A stretch of DNA of 64,000 nucleotides from Desulfobacterales bacterium. GTDB lineage: Bacteria > Desulfobacterota > Desulfobacteria > Desulfobacterales > SURF-7. Of this stretch, positions 47,901-56,421 are shown in pieces. How positions within the stretch are numbered: the stretch's first letter is position 1; each line of letters opens with the position of its first letter. The notes under the pieces were generated by a model. That model searched no databases and was not told the origin of the DNA. It worked only from the letters and a program-made list of their open reading frames with translations. The position numbers were made by a program, and so were the translations under genes. The stretch covers positions 4,750-68,749 of the forward strand of contig JABHLN010000001.1 in assembly GCA_018693105.1 (NCBI GenBank). Direction: 5' to 3'.

Positions 47901-48714
47901 CACCTTCCCTATTCTTGAGTCCCATATATTGAACGGTGAACCAGTAGTACCTTTTGCGCTTATGGCAGAATGGTTCGGACATGGTGCCCTACATGGTAAT
48001 CCGGGTTTACGCCTACATGGAATAGATGATATGCGCCTGCTTAAAGGCATCCGGCTAAACGGCCAAAGCAGGCACATTCAGATTCTAGCCGGGAAAACCA
48101 GAAAAAACGGTTTATTTTTTGAGGTGGATGTGGAACTGAGAAACGGTGATGGTGCTGCCATGATTCATTCCAAAGCAAAAGCGATACTCACAGAAAAACT
48201 TTCTTCACCCCCTGAATTTAGTCACGCTAATAACATGTCATTAAAAGATTATCCAAGAAGCATGGATGAAGCATATGAAAAAATTCTTTTCCACGGTTCG
48301 CAGCTAAAGGGCATCAAAGAAGTTATAGGTTATTCCTCCAAAGGCATGACAGCCAGATTATCTTCGGCGCCAGATCCTGAAAAATGGATAACTGATCCTT
48401 TAAGAAGCGGTTGGATAGGTGACCCGCTTGTTCTTGACTCTGCTTATCAATTGGCAATCCTTTACTGCTTTGAGGAAACAGGTGTGGTCTCTCTACCTAG
48501 TTACAGTGCAAGCTACAGGCAATACAGTCAGTCATTTCCTCCAGACGGTGTTACAGCAGTGCTTGAAGTGACGGAGCTGACCGATCATAAAATGACAGGG
48601 GATTTCACATTCCTTGATTCAGACAATACGGTTGTAGCAACCATATCTGGTTATGAAGCGGTAATGGACATATCCCTGAACAATGCGTTCAAGCCTGAAG
48701 GGATAAAGGTATAG
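41950..48714 (+). CDS. pfaA: PfaA-like iterative type I PKS/FAS: KS-MAT-ACPx3-KR-DH
   Basis: KS DAACASS/EAHGTGT/KSNIGH; AT GQGSQ/GHSFG/AFHS; three LGIDSIKRVEIL ACPs; KR TGGARGVT/YAMAN; DH HILNGEPVVP. TTG start overlaps the pfaD TGA. Confidence 0.92.
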   Translation: MKHDKKKIKPDIPVAIIGIGCLFPKAAGVKEYWRLLYHGEDAITEVPETHWSIKDYFHSDPKTPDHTYCKRGGFLSPVSYDPSEFGIPPNLMEATDTSQLLGLIVAKMALEDAGYKKEGAFDREKTSVILGVTGTQELVIPLGARLGHPIWRRALEDSGATPEMTEEVISRISEAYVPWQENSFPGLLGNVIPGRISNRFNLGGTNTGVDAACASSLSAINLAVLELISGRNDMVITGGVDTLNDIFMHMCFSKTSVLSHTGDAKPFSQDADGTVLGEGIGMVVLKRLEDAVKDDDRIYAVIKSIGTSSDGKSGSIYAPNSTGQKKALQMAYRNADVSPATIELLEAHGTGTRVGDAVEFQALKEVYSDAGSRPGNCALGSVKSNIGHCKASAGVAGLIKAALSLHHKVLPPTLKVGNPDPKLSIEKSPFYLIKKSRPWFSLYDHPRRSGISAFGFGGSNFHTILEEYEPSKNKISWNATIEIVALSASTKNKLKERLASFSEQIEKISAKENFSFSEISFPASKTRGSFSSNDKYRLLMVLERSDKKSSHSDSDDNKNYDFINVFKKSLHALESDNPDDLKNIENVFYGESEKPGQVAFIFPGQGSQYVDMGKDLICTFPEAQSALEDANRNFLSENKGTLGNFIYPHNTNDNTPGNTKGKKRLEDALRSTDIAQPSIGAISLSMLNVLQSFGIRPDAVCGHSFGELTALCCAGRINVETFYSLSTSRGRFMAATGGAQGSMLAVKAPLDEIDNIIEENNIDVILANRNSYEQGILSGSKDAVSEAEKICRQKGFRTTPLPVAAAFHSRLVEDAAKPFKKFLKSIDIISSDIPVLSNTTGKPYPDDQDETKKILGNQFLKPVDFVSEIENLYETGVHTFVEIGPKTVLTGLVKSILKGRDFTAVAMDGSAGRRFGISDLAKVLCNLASLGYGVEIDRWEETPPEPEKQNMSIPISGANYWLPPKPKPKKGPQPVIESKPETEKTYTQKILKSNYSNKPVIDKTRLMSDETKIKDDYISNALNVVQESIRSMQALQKQTAEAHSKFLETQTEAAKTLQVMMGQTQRMAEATIGIGSSEVTQKDSRETTFETQYDNRPDENINNRDLDPQPYVANKPALPDRSIIPESNGIDAHDSGQSTSISADIEKNMLDIVAHLTGYPVEMLGMEMDIEADLGIDSIKRVEILSTLEEKMPDLPAVSPEAMGELKTLGQIVDYLSQGAVNDKSSEGKTIRSDGPGNTEIETNLLDIVSNLTGYPVEMLDTNMDIEADLGIDSIKRVEILSTLEEKMPNLPAVSPEAMGELKTLGQIIEYLLAGAEKDTLTTEEHAHKNITASGSSSAKIEKELLDIVAQLTGYPVEMLGSDMDIEADLGIDSIKRVEILSTLEEKMPDLPAVSPEAMGELKTLGQIVDYLSGGGEEKTKPAPHDLDSSKIVETVSPNVEEKDREPKTTLERQTISIVETPFSQRVKINIPESKTIYITKESSGLSEAIAAELDSRNISSDIITSKQIKKILKGDKVLKNVGGLIIIAGQDNDDDIWNKKIQAFLKNSFVLAKHCAPGLIKSSESENGGAVFATITRLDGCFGFKGKGVKNPLQGGLAGLSKTASIEWENVACRAVDIDPSWRDNKEIADAIVSELLNDTTTIEIGLTPERRYTLKLKKSGAPDGKTVLIENDVVVITGGARGVTAACAQALAEQIKPVIVLLGRSPEPKPEPEWLKGLTIESHIKKGILENEFKDKKTTPKKIEKSYQRHYANREISKTLEELKEKGVEAFYYSADVRDQEVMNKTFDKIREKHGPVKALIHGAGILEDKFITDKSLKQFERVYDTKTKGLRVLLEATKDDSLKYIVLFSSVSARQGNKGQVDYAMANEVLNKVAHYKSVLLPECKIISINWGPWDGGMVSPLLKNEFRRNNIELIPVDTGARYMVNEMKNSRENPVEIIIGATMHPDNKDENIEPVIKKIKRSLPESKKMALSFNRDVNIDTFPILESHILNGEPVVPFALMAEWFGHGALHGNPGLRLHGIDDMRLLKGIRLNGQSRHIQILAGKTRKNGLFFEVDVELRNGDGAAMIHSKAKAILTEKLSSPPEFSHANNMSLKDYPRSMDEAYEKILFHGSQLKGIKEVIGYSSKGMTARLSSAPDPEKWITDPLRSGWIGDPLVLDSAYQLAILYCFEETGVVSLPSYSASYRQYSQSFPPDGVTAVLEVTELTDHKMTGDFTFLDSDNTVVATISGYEAVMDISLNNAFKPEGIKV
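45380..46190 (+). repeat. Three intragenic ACP-domain repeats
   Basis: Three near-identical copies of GYPVEML..MDIEADLGIDSIKRVEILSTLEEKMP.LPAVSPEAMGELKTLGQI; boundaries approximate. Confidence 0.9.
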
Positions 48715-48742
48715 TTAACAACCATGCCTTCGGCAGGGCTGC

Positions 48743-48791
48743 TAACGGTTTAATTAGTTTAATTGGTTTAATTGGTTTGATTGATTTGATT
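48743..48791. repeat. 9-bp tandem repeats (NATTRGTTT)
   Basis: TAACGGTTT AATTAGTTT AATTGGTTT AATTGGTTT GATTGATTT GATT between convergent genes. Confidence 0.8.
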
Positions 48792-48795
48792 CCTG

Positions 48796-49569
48796 TCAGA
48801 ATAGTACCCGGAATTTTGTATTAAATTCATCAATAATTTCAAGGAACTCATCTGGAAGTCTTTTCCTTGCATTTGTTATAATCTCTTCTGGAATCTTATT
48901 GTAAAATGCCTGGGCAATACCTCCGGCAATACAGGCCATAGTATCACTATCACCACCGAGAGATATACCCTTTCTGATTGCATCCTCAACATTTTCCGAT
49001 TCAAGAAAAGCAACTATTGATTCCGGTACAGAGCCCTGACATGAAACGTCAAAGCTGTATTCAGGCCTTATTTCATCAAGTTTCCGATCAAGGTTATAGA
49101 CAAATCTTTGAGATATTTCTTTCTTGATTGACTCTTTACTTTCACCATTTACTGCAAGGAAAATTGAAAGAGCTGCAGCCTGAGCACCTTTAATTCCTTC
49201 AGGGTGGTTATGAGTTACAGAAGCACATTTTTCAGCTTCACTAAGTACATCTTTTATTGAATTAAACGCATATCCCACAGGGCTTACTCTCATGGCAGAC
49301 CCGTTACCCCAACTATTATATGGTCCTTCAGAGGAATATATCCATTGGTAAAACGACATACCGTAACCTGCTTCCGGATATTTCCTTCCAAATTTCCTGT
49401 AGGATGTGACATAATCAACACCGTTAAGAATAGAAAAAGCAGTCGCAACAGTTAATACGGTGTCATCTGTAAAGGTAGAATGATTTGAGAAAAGCGGGAA
49501 GTTTATAGTCTTTATAGGCCGCCCTTCATAAACAGAACCTATTATGTCCCCTGCTATCGATCCAATCAT
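48796..49569 (-). CDS. ADP-ribosylglycohydrolase family protein
   Basis: GDIIGSVYE, FTDDT, GNGSAMR, THNHPEG, GGDSDT. Confidence 0.92.
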   Translation of the reverse strand: MIGSIAGDIIGSVYEGRPIKTINFPLFSNHSTFTDDTVLTVATAFSILNGVDYVTSYRKFGRKYPEAGYGMSFYQWIYSSEGPYNSWGNGSAMRVSPVGYAFNSIKDVLSEAEKCASVTHNHPEGIKGAQAAALSIFLAVNGESKESIKKEISQRFVYNLDRKLDEIRPEYSFDVSCQGSVPESIVAFLESENVEDAIRKGISLGGDSDTMACIAGGIAQAFYNKIPEEIITNARKRLPDEFLEIIDEFNTKFRVLF

Positions 49570-49584
49570 TATTGTCTCATTTAA

Positions 49585-50031
49585 TCAAACTATACGTTCC
49601 CACAGCAGAACCCCGACCATATCATTCTTCCCGAGTTTCATGGGATGAGTTTTAAGTGTTAAATTTCTTTCATTGATTTCAAAAAATCTTTCCTGCTCGC
49701 TGCCTATCCAGTTTGGAAGGAGACTTCCTTCAACATAATGAGTAACTATACCTTTTACATTATCAACCTTGTACTTACCGTAATATGCTGTATAGCCCTC
49801 AAAGGCCTCCCTGATTTCCTGAGGTGTCCCTTTTAAATGCTCATCCGAGTTAAACACCGACCGATCTGAACGCATCAGGTGCGCTGACATATAACCGCAA
49901 CGGTCATACGTGAGAAGCCCTTTTGCGTTCTCTCCCAGCGGATAAGCCACTTCACCATCTTCTGTGGTTCTGAACTCTGAAGAAACAAGCGTCCAGGTTC
50001 CAATGAACAATTCATGTGTACTAATATTCAT
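49585..50031 (-). CDS. Lipocalin-like domain protein
   Basis: IGTWTLVS, G.LTY...GYMS, AYYGKY, PNWIG.EQER, L.WER. Confidence 0.85.
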   Translation of the reverse strand: MNISTHELFIGTWTLVSSEFRTTEDGEVAYPLGENAKGLLTYDRCGYMSAHLMRSDRSVFNSDEHLKGTPQEIREAFEGYTAYYGKYKVDNVKGIVTHYVEGSLLPNWIGSEQERFFEINERNLTLKTHPMKLGKNDMVGVLLWERIV

Positions 50032-50105
50032 AGAATTCTCTATTTAGGGTACTTATCTTCAATGCTCAACAAATTGACAGTATGGGTAAATACCCGTTAA
50101 GATTC

Positions 50106-50621
50106 CTATATCTTGCCCAGAATTTCACGTGCAAAAGTCTTTGCATTTACTTCATCTTCAGTATTTGGGTGTTCTTTCATGCCATTGATTAAAGTTTCCC
50201 ATTCATCATCAGGAACATTTTGTGCCTGTTTTATCATATCGTGTAATTCAGGTGTAAGAAATCCCTGGCAGTTATAACATCCTAAAAAGTTGTAGCCTTT
50301 ACTTTTGCTTCCATCTTCAAGGTTTTTCAATCCAGTTTCAAAATTCTTCTTGTCATATATATCTCCTGCATGGGTCACAAATCCGGCAACAGCACCACCT
50401 GATGATTCAGGTAGTTCACTTACAAACTTATTAACCTGTTCAGCAAGCCCCCCGGCATGAATAGGTGAACCAACAAAAAGCAGATCAGCCCCCGTACAAT
50501 CAGCTGGAGTTATATCATCAATTTTTTTCAACTCACAATCATGAGAAATCTCATCATGTATTGCCTTTGCAATCTTTTCGGTATTTCCGGTCTGACTGAA
50601 ATATGTAATTAAAATTTTCAT
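50106..50621 (-). CDS. Flavodoxin family protein
   Basis: YFSQTGNTEKIA FMN loop, FVGSP. Confidence 0.88.
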   Translation of the reverse strand: MKILITYFSQTGNTEKIAKAIHDEISHDCELKKIDDITPADCTGADLLFVGSPIHAGGLAEQVNKFVSELPESSGGAVAGFVTHAGDIYDKKNFETGLKNLEDGSKSKGYNFLGCYNCQGFLTPELHDMIKQAQNVPDDEWETLINGMKEHPNTEDEVNAKTFAREILGKI

Positions 50622-50672
50622 AATATTACCTCCCTATTTAAAAATGATGCACTCGTAAAAAGTTAAATTAAT

Positions 50673-51527
50673 TTATTCAGGCCATTCACGTATCAATCCT
50701 TCCTGTGCGACCGAAGCAACAAGAGTTCCGTCACGCGTGAAGATATTACCGCGGGCATAACCTAATGCTCCGGATGCATTAGGGCCGTCTTTTGAATAAA
50801 GAAGCCATTCATCCATTCGAAATTTTCTATGAAACCACATGGCATGATCAAGACTTGCTATCTGTATATTTTTTGAAACAAAAGTAATACCGTGCGGCAA
50901 CATTGCTGTACGCAAAAGACCGAAATCCGAAGCAAACGCCAGCACAGCCCGATGAATTATTGTATCATCAGACAATTTACCTGTTGCACGAAACCATACA
51001 TTATCTTCCGGTTGTCTTATCTCAGGATTAAAAGGATCGATAGGATTAACAGGCCTGATATCAATCGGCCATTTACGAAAAAATGTATGACGGAAGTTTT
51101 CAGGAATTTTATCTACGACCTGTTTTCTGAGATCAAGTTCGCTCAGCAGATTTTCCGGTCCTTTAACATCAGGCATTTCAATCTGATGATCAAATCCTTT
51201 TTCTTCTTTATGAAAAGATGCGGATAGATGAAAAATTGCCCTTCCGTGTTGTATCGCAACCACCCGCCTTGTATTAAAGCTGTTACCGTCACGAATTCGG
51301 TCGACATCATAAATAATCGGTACCGCCATATCACCGGGTCTGAGGAAATATGCATGTAAAGAATGAACATTACGGTCGTCTTCGACCGTTCGCCAGGCAG
51401 CCATCAAAGCCTGTCCCAATACCTGACCTCCGAAAACGCTTTGAACACCGACATTCTCACTGTCACCTCTAAAAATATTTTCTTCAATTTTTTCGAGATC
51501 CAGTAGTTCTTCTAAAACGTTTCCCAT
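50673..51527 (-). CDS. tesB: Acyl-CoA thioesterase II
   Basis: VFGGQVLGQAL, HSLHAYFLRPG, RDGNSF, ASLDHAMWFH, QEGLIR. Start moved to ATG 51527 (GGAGG upstream). Confidence 0.93.
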   Translation of the reverse strand: MGNVLEELLDLEKIEENIFRGDSENVGVQSVFGGQVLGQALMAAWRTVEDDRNVHSLHAYFLRPGDMAVPIIYDVDRIRDGNSFNTRRVVAIQHGRAIFHLSASFHKEEKGFDHQIEMPDVKGPENLLSELDLRKQVVDKIPENFRHTFFRKWPIDIRPVNPIDPFNPEIRQPEDNVWFRATGKLSDDTIIHRAVLAFASDFGLLRTAMLPHGITFVSKNIQIASLDHAMWFHRKFRMDEWLLYSKDGPNASGALGYARGNIFTRDGTLVASVAQEGLIREWPE

Positions 51528-51562
51528 GGTACCTCCGTTATTAAATGATTCAGAAATCTGGT

Positions 51563-51619
51563 CTTTATCATTTGAGGATGCCTCGCTATCAAACCTAATC
51601 TGCATTTTCGAGATCGGTT
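51563..51619. repeat. Degenerate right half of family B element
   Basis: GATGCCTCGCTATCAAACCTAATCTGCATTTTCGAGATCGGTT versus GATGCCTTGCCCTCGAACCTAATCTGCATTTTTGAGATAGGTT in the 5844 copy. Confidence 0.75.
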
Positions 51620-51711
51620 ATATTTTCATTGTTTTGACGATAAAATCATTCAGGAGCAGTGGAGTTTCTTTCCACATGCCTGAAGCAGGAGAAGAAAATA
51701 AATTACAAGTC

Positions 51712-51730
51712 AGCCCCGCCAGGCGGGGCT
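51712..51730. terminator. GC-rich perfect hairpin between thiolase and tesB
   Basis: AGCCCCGC-CAG-GCGGGGCT; weak U tract, could be a terminator or a REP-like stabiliser. Confidence 0.5.
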
Positions 51731-51752
51731 AACATAAACGAAAATACCGACT

Positions 51753-51815
51753 GGTAGTTTATCAGGAGTGAGGACATATATGAAGTATATCAAACTTCCG
51801 ATAAACCACTCTAAT
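51753..51815. repeat. Degenerate internal core of family A element without ends
   Basis: GTTTATCAGGAGTGAGGACATATATGAAGTATATCAAACTTCCGATAAAC aligns with the 6013 and 37588 core. Confidence 0.65.
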
Positions 51816-51857
51816 CCGGTCATACCGCTAACACAGAATTAAGCATGCTATAAAACC

Positions 51858-53093
51858 TTAAACTGCTTCGACAACTGTGGCTATACCAATTCCGCCGCCA
51901 CCGCACATCATCTGGATACCAGCCCGTCCTTTTGTGCGTTTTAGATGATGAGCCATTTCACCAAGGTACACGATACCTGAAGCCCCTATGGGATGTCCTA
52001 ATGCAATAGCACCTCCTGTAGGATTTACACGAGGGTCATCATAATCATAACCAAATTCATCAGCAAACGCCAGGCATGGTGATGCAAAAGCTTCATTAGG
52101 CTCTATGATATCCATATCATCCATTGTTTTCCCTGCTCGCTTAAGAGCTTTTTTCACTGCAGGTATCGGGGCAAGGAGCATGGGTACAGGATCACCTCCT
52201 GCTGAAGCACAACCGGTTATTTTACAAAGGGGTTCAAGACCCAGTTTTTCAGCTTTTTCCGCAGTCATTAAAAGAACTGCAGCAGCCCCGTCAACAATCT
52301 GAGATGAATTGCCCGCCGTTACCATGCCGCCTTCTTTAAATGGAGGTTTAAGTCCTCCAATATCCTGCATAAAACCTTCAGGATCTTCAACGGCTTTGGA
52401 TCTTAAAACTTCATCCTTTACTACCACTCTTTTCTCCCCTTCCCATGTATATTCAAAAGGTATAATATGATCCGAAAAGAGTCCGTTCCTTTCTGCCAGA
52501 ACGGCTTTTTGCATACTCAACATACCGAATCGATCAAGCTGTTCCCGTGTATGCCCGTCTGCTTCTGAAATCATTTCCGCGCAGAGCCCCTGGGGCACAT
52601 TCATCTGAATTTCTTCAATTCTTGAAGTCATTCGCACAGGATAATCGGCCTGCATAGCTACATACACATCAGAGCCCATACCATAATGGGACATAAGCTC
52701 AACCCCTGAACAAAGTATTATATCGCCGTCCCCAACTTTGAGAGCCCGTGTTGCAAAATTAACAGCCTTGAGTCCTGCATTGCAGTACTGGTTTACAGTA
52801 CAGGCGGAAACTTCATTTGGAATTCCTGCCAAAAGAGAGGCAAATCTTCCAATATTTGACCCCTGTTCCCCAATCTGGCTAAGGCAGCCAACAATAACAT
52901 CCTCAATTTCCCGCTCATCAAAGTTTGGTGCTTTCTCCTTAACCCTGTCAAGAAGCCCGCGCATCGTTGAAGCCAGAAGTTCCTGGGCAGAAGCCTGACA
53001 AAGCTGGCCGTTCTTTTTCATACCTTTTACACCTGATTTGCCAATTGGGCTTCTGACTGCATCTACGAGTACAACTTCTTTAATTTTTGCCAT
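51858..53093 (-). CDS. Thiolase (acetyl-CoA C-acyltransferase)
   Basis: VNQYCNAG, VTAGNSSQIVDGAA, NEAFA, GGAIALGHPIGASG, MCGGGG. Confidence 0.93.
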   Translation of the reverse strand: MAKIKEVVLVDAVRSPIGKSGVKGMKKNGQLCQASAQELLASTMRGLLDRVKEKAPNFDEREIEDVIVGCLSQIGEQGSNIGRFASLLAGIPNEVSACTVNQYCNAGLKAVNFATRALKVGDGDIILCSGVELMSHYGMGSDVYVAMQADYPVRMTSRIEEIQMNVPQGLCAEMISEADGHTREQLDRFGMLSMQKAVLAERNGLFSDHIIPFEYTWEGEKRVVVKDEVLRSKAVEDPEGFMQDIGGLKPPFKEGGMVTAGNSSQIVDGAAAVLLMTAEKAEKLGLEPLCKITGCASAGGDPVPMLLAPIPAVKKALKRAGKTMDDMDIIEPNEAFASPCLAFADEFGYDYDDPRVNPTGGAIALGHPIGASGIVYLGEMAHHLKRTKGRAGIQMMCGGGGIGIATVVEAV

Positions 53094-53184
53094 TTTTTGT
53101 CTCCTTTTTAACTAATTGAACAAATGAAACTAATTAATAAAATTACCGATCAAAATTTTGCTTTGTTATACTAAGGTTTTATTG

Positions 53185-53835
53185 TCAATTTTTGATGCTT
53201 CTTCCCATATAATATAGTCCGTTTGACTTGTGTCCGTTCATTGTTTTATATTCTGTACTTTTCAATAAAATTTTCTTAAAAACAGAATTCAATTTTATTA
53301 TCCACTCCTTTGTATGATGCCTCAGCACAGCTCCTTCAGGCAACTCAAATACACCGTACTTTTTATATTTCCCCTCGTATTTTTTATAACGCTCGATATT
53401 CCTCACATCATCATTTATTATAAAATCATTCAAGTAAAATATACCCCCCGGTTTCAGAACTCGATTGATTTCTTTTACAAGCCTTTTTTGATTATCATCT
53501 TCCGCAATACATGTCAGTACTGCAATAATTATGACGGCATCAAAGGAATCATCATAAAATGGAAGTTCAGAGCTATTATTTACTCTAAGGTCCAGAAACG
53601 GATGTTTATCTTTGCCACTTTCTACCATCTTTTCAGAAAAGTCAACTCCGATGAGTTTTTTGTAACCGCTAAAGTATAATTCATTTAATGTACGCCCGTA
53701 ACCGCAACCAACATCAAGAATATAACTGTTCTTTGAAACATATTCAGCAAAAAGACTCATCTGAAAAGGTGTGGTGAATTTTTTATCTCCAGCCACACTG
53801 TCCCAGAAGTCTTTTTGATTTAACTTATCATTCAT
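53185..53835 (-). CDS. Class I SAM-dependent methyltransferase
   Basis: ILDVGCGYGR, GVDFS, LPF.DDSFD, RVLKPGG. Confidence 0.9.
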   Translation of the reverse strand: MNDKLNQKDFWDSVAGDKKFTTPFQMSLFAEYVSKNSYILDVGCGYGRTLNELYFSGYKKLIGVDFSEKMVESGKDKHPFLDLRVNNSSELPFYDDSFDAVIIIAVLTCIAEDDNQKRLVKEINRVLKPGGIFYLNDFIINDDVRNIERYKKYEGKYKKYGVFELPEGAVLRHHTKEWIIKLNSVFKKILLKSTEYKTMNGHKSNGLYYMGRSIKN

Positions 53836-53971
53836 AGTTTTTCATATTCTCAGAAGGATAGTAATAAGGAGATTGATTAGGGGTCTGTTTTACTTTAACG
53901 AAGCGAAACAGATGTATTTGGGTCCAATTTCAGCGAGATTATCAAAAAGCCAATAAAATCTTGTTTTATTT

Positions 53972-53989
53972 AAAAAACGACTGAGTCGT
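53972..53989 (-). terminator. Possible terminator after the reductase operon
   Basis: Minus strand ACGAC-TCA-GTCGT followed by TTTTT; short stem. Confidence 0.4.
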
Positions 53990-54064
53990 AAGTCCATGAA
54001 TACAGGACTAAAGTTTCAGATGACCTACCTTTAGGCAATAATTCCAATGCAGAACCACAGGAAA

Positions 54065-55186
54065 TTAAATAATCTCATCCATGAGTGATTCCATAAATGC
54101 CTCAACCTTTATCTGAAGACGTGGGATATTTCCCACCTCTTCGGCTTCTATGCTCATCATCTTGATTCCTTTTTCCTTAGCCTTTATTTCAACTGCAGGA
54201 TATGAAAACATGTATGGGTCACAATATTTTTCAACTAACCATATCATTCCATCTGCATCGGATTCTTCAGCCATGCCGGTTAAACTGTCAACTATCTTTG
54301 CCATAGGGAACTTACCCGGGAAAGGGATTTTTTCAAGGTAATGAGTTGCAAGTGATCCCAGAGGATCGGGACCTGACTCAACTGTGTCCCAGCAGTATCT
54401 CATGCCATAACTGAAATTATCCATCACCACATGTCCGCCGCACTTTTCAATCACTTCAATTACAGTATCAGCCTCTTCAATGGCGTTACTTACAACACAT
54501 ATATATACATCGCCCTGATCATTATCAATATCCGGATTTTCATGGTAATTTGAAATTATATTCTCAAGCATCCGGTTGTGCTCATCTTTCGGAAGAACCA
54601 GGCCCGCCTTTATTATATCAATTATATCACTTCCTGATATTGATGAATCAGAAAAACTTCTTAACTCATAAAGCTTTTTCATCAGGTTACGATTTTCGTT
54701 ATACACTTCTATTGAATGAATAAGACGGTCATCGGTTATTTCATTTCCGGACATCTCCTCAAGGAAACTTTTAAAAATTTTGAGTTCTGATATAAAAAAA
54801 TCCCTTGATGTTTTTTTTGAGGTTGCAGGAACCTGCAGGAAGTGTGATTGGGGCATGCCTGAATTAAGTTTCCAGACTCCGTAAAACCCTCTGGATGCCT
54901 CACATGCATGAGCCAACACAGAGCCGTCGAGATAGTCAAGTTTTCCGGTCATGGCCTGTTCGAGACAATCTTTAAGATGAGTACATATAAAATCGGGAAG
55001 ACAGGTTTTTGTCTCTGTCAGGGGCAGATTAGTAGTAAACAACTGGACTGGAAGTATTCCTGCAGCATATATCATTTCTTCAGGAGTCAATGCGCTAAAG
55101 TAACCTAAAACCTTATTCCCACTCTTTTTCCACTCGGCAGCAACATTATCCCTGTTGTTAAAAACTTTTTTAAATTCAGAAAACAT
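54065..55186 (-). CDS. Aryl-CoA reductase / 2-hydroxyacyl-CoA dehydratase family subunit (BzdN/BcrC-like)
   Basis: WKKSGNKVLGYF..PEEMIYAAGILPV, ICTH, AHACE, SIEVYNENR, KYCDP, EAFME. Confidence 0.85.
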   Translation of the reverse strand: MFSEFKKVFNNRDNVAAEWKKSGNKVLGYFSALTPEEMIYAAGILPVQLFTTNLPLTETKTCLPDFICTHLKDCLEQAMTGKLDYLDGSVLAHACEASRGFYGVWKLNSGMPQSHFLQVPATSKKTSRDFFISELKIFKSFLEEMSGNEITDDRLIHSIEVYNENRNLMKKLYELRSFSDSSISGSDIIDIIKAGLVLPKDEHNRMLENIISNYHENPDIDNDQGDVYICVVSNAIEEADTVIEVIEKCGGHVVMDNFSYGMRYCWDTVESGPDPLGSLATHYLEKIPFPGKFPMAKIVDSLTGMAEESDADGMIWLVEKYCDPYMFSYPAVEIKAKEKGIKMMSIEAEEVGNIPRLQIKVEAFMESLMDEII

Positions 55187-55189
55187 TAT

Positions 55190-56401
55190 CTATCTCCCTC
55201 CGGCACTTTGACTTTTCAACACTTCATGAAACATATCAACCATAGACCTGAACTTATTTGGGTCATGGCTCCCAGGATCAGCCATACTGCCTTCAACTAT
55301 CATATTGGGAATTCCGATTTTTTCCTTCAAGCTCTTTGCAACATCAAGCTGACCTGTTGAATAACCTCTGCAACCCTTATTTTCAAAAACCACAATTCCG
55401 TCTACCCTGTATTCTTTTACAGCCTCTTCAACGATTTCGATTTTTCTGTCAAGCCGCCTGTTTGTCCATCCTGTAAGATATTTTTTTGCAAGTCCTCTAA
55501 ATGGATCGCTTTTATCAAGACCTTTTGCAAAATATTCTTTTAGAAGTGTCTCGTAGACGAATACCATCCCTTTGCTTTCAAAATAATCAAAAAGATCCAT
55601 ATCATGATATATTGGCAGGTTATCCCATATCAGGCGATATTCTTCATGTTCTGCAACTCCAATGTTGTTCTCTTTCTTTTCAAGTGTCTCCTCATAAAAA
55701 GCTTTGTAAAAATCCAAAGTCTCCTGCTCTCCGGTAACATTTACAAGGCCAAACATGTCGGCGAACAATTGTCGGAACCCTACAGGACTCGGAGAGTTTT
55801 TCCTCAGCTCAATTACCTTGTGAAAATATTCGCAGGCATCCGAAGAAAGTTCAACGACTTTTTCAAACCTATCCTCATCAAAATCTTTTCCCGTTTCTTT
55901 CTCAAGAAACGATATAAGTTCCTTAGTCTGTGAAATATAAAAATCAATATGGCGCTCTTCATAATCAGCACATAAAACAGGCCCGTCAATTATAAAAAGC
56001 GGTACTTTATAATGCTGATGCATAAGTTCCCACCATGGGACATGAGCCCCGCATGTATATGCACTTGATATAAGGAGATCAGGTGCAATCATACCTCCTT
56101 GCGGGCCTTTATCAGAATACATGGAACCAAGAGCACATGTGGAAAATGCACACAGGTCCCTTGACACACCTGCCTTTTCTGCTTCAAATACCAATTCGTC
56201 TCCCATATCAGTGTTGCATGCACGGGTAGCATACCCTTCGGGGTAAAAAGGGAAAATGTCCATGGCAACAAGAACCTCAAATGGAAGAAACCCTGTAACA
56301 TGTGCAGTTAGTTTCTTTTTTGAAGCAGCATCTGAATAATTCTGATAATATTTTGCAAGAAGTTTTTCTTTGGCCTTTATATAGTTTTCATGTGCTGTCA
56401 T
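55190..56401 (-). CDS. Aryl-CoA reductase / 2-hydroxyacyl-CoA dehydratase family subunit (BcrB/HadB/BzdO position)
   Basis: FYPEGY, SRDLCAF, YTCG, YRLIWDNLP, NKGCRG, VEGSMAD. Confidence 0.85.
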   Translation of the reverse strand: MTAHENYIKAKEKLLAKYYQNYSDAASKKKLTAHVTGFLPFEVLVAMDIFPFYPEGYATRACNTDMGDELVFEAEKAGVSRDLCAFSTCALGSMYSDKGPQGGMIAPDLLISSAYTCGAHVPWWELMHQHYKVPLFIIDGPVLCADYEERHIDFYISQTKELISFLEKETGKDFDEDRFEKVVELSSDACEYFHKVIELRKNSPSPVGFRQLFADMFGLVNVTGEQETLDFYKAFYEETLEKKENNIGVAEHEEYRLIWDNLPIYHDMDLFDYFESKGMVFVYETLLKEYFAKGLDKSDPFRGLAKKYLTGWTNRRLDRKIEIVEEAVKEYRVDGIVVFENKGCRGYSTGQLDVAKSLKEKIGIPNMIVEGSMADPGSHDPNKFRSMVDMFHEVLKSQSAGGR

Positions 56402-56421
56402 AAACTATTACCTTTCATTTT

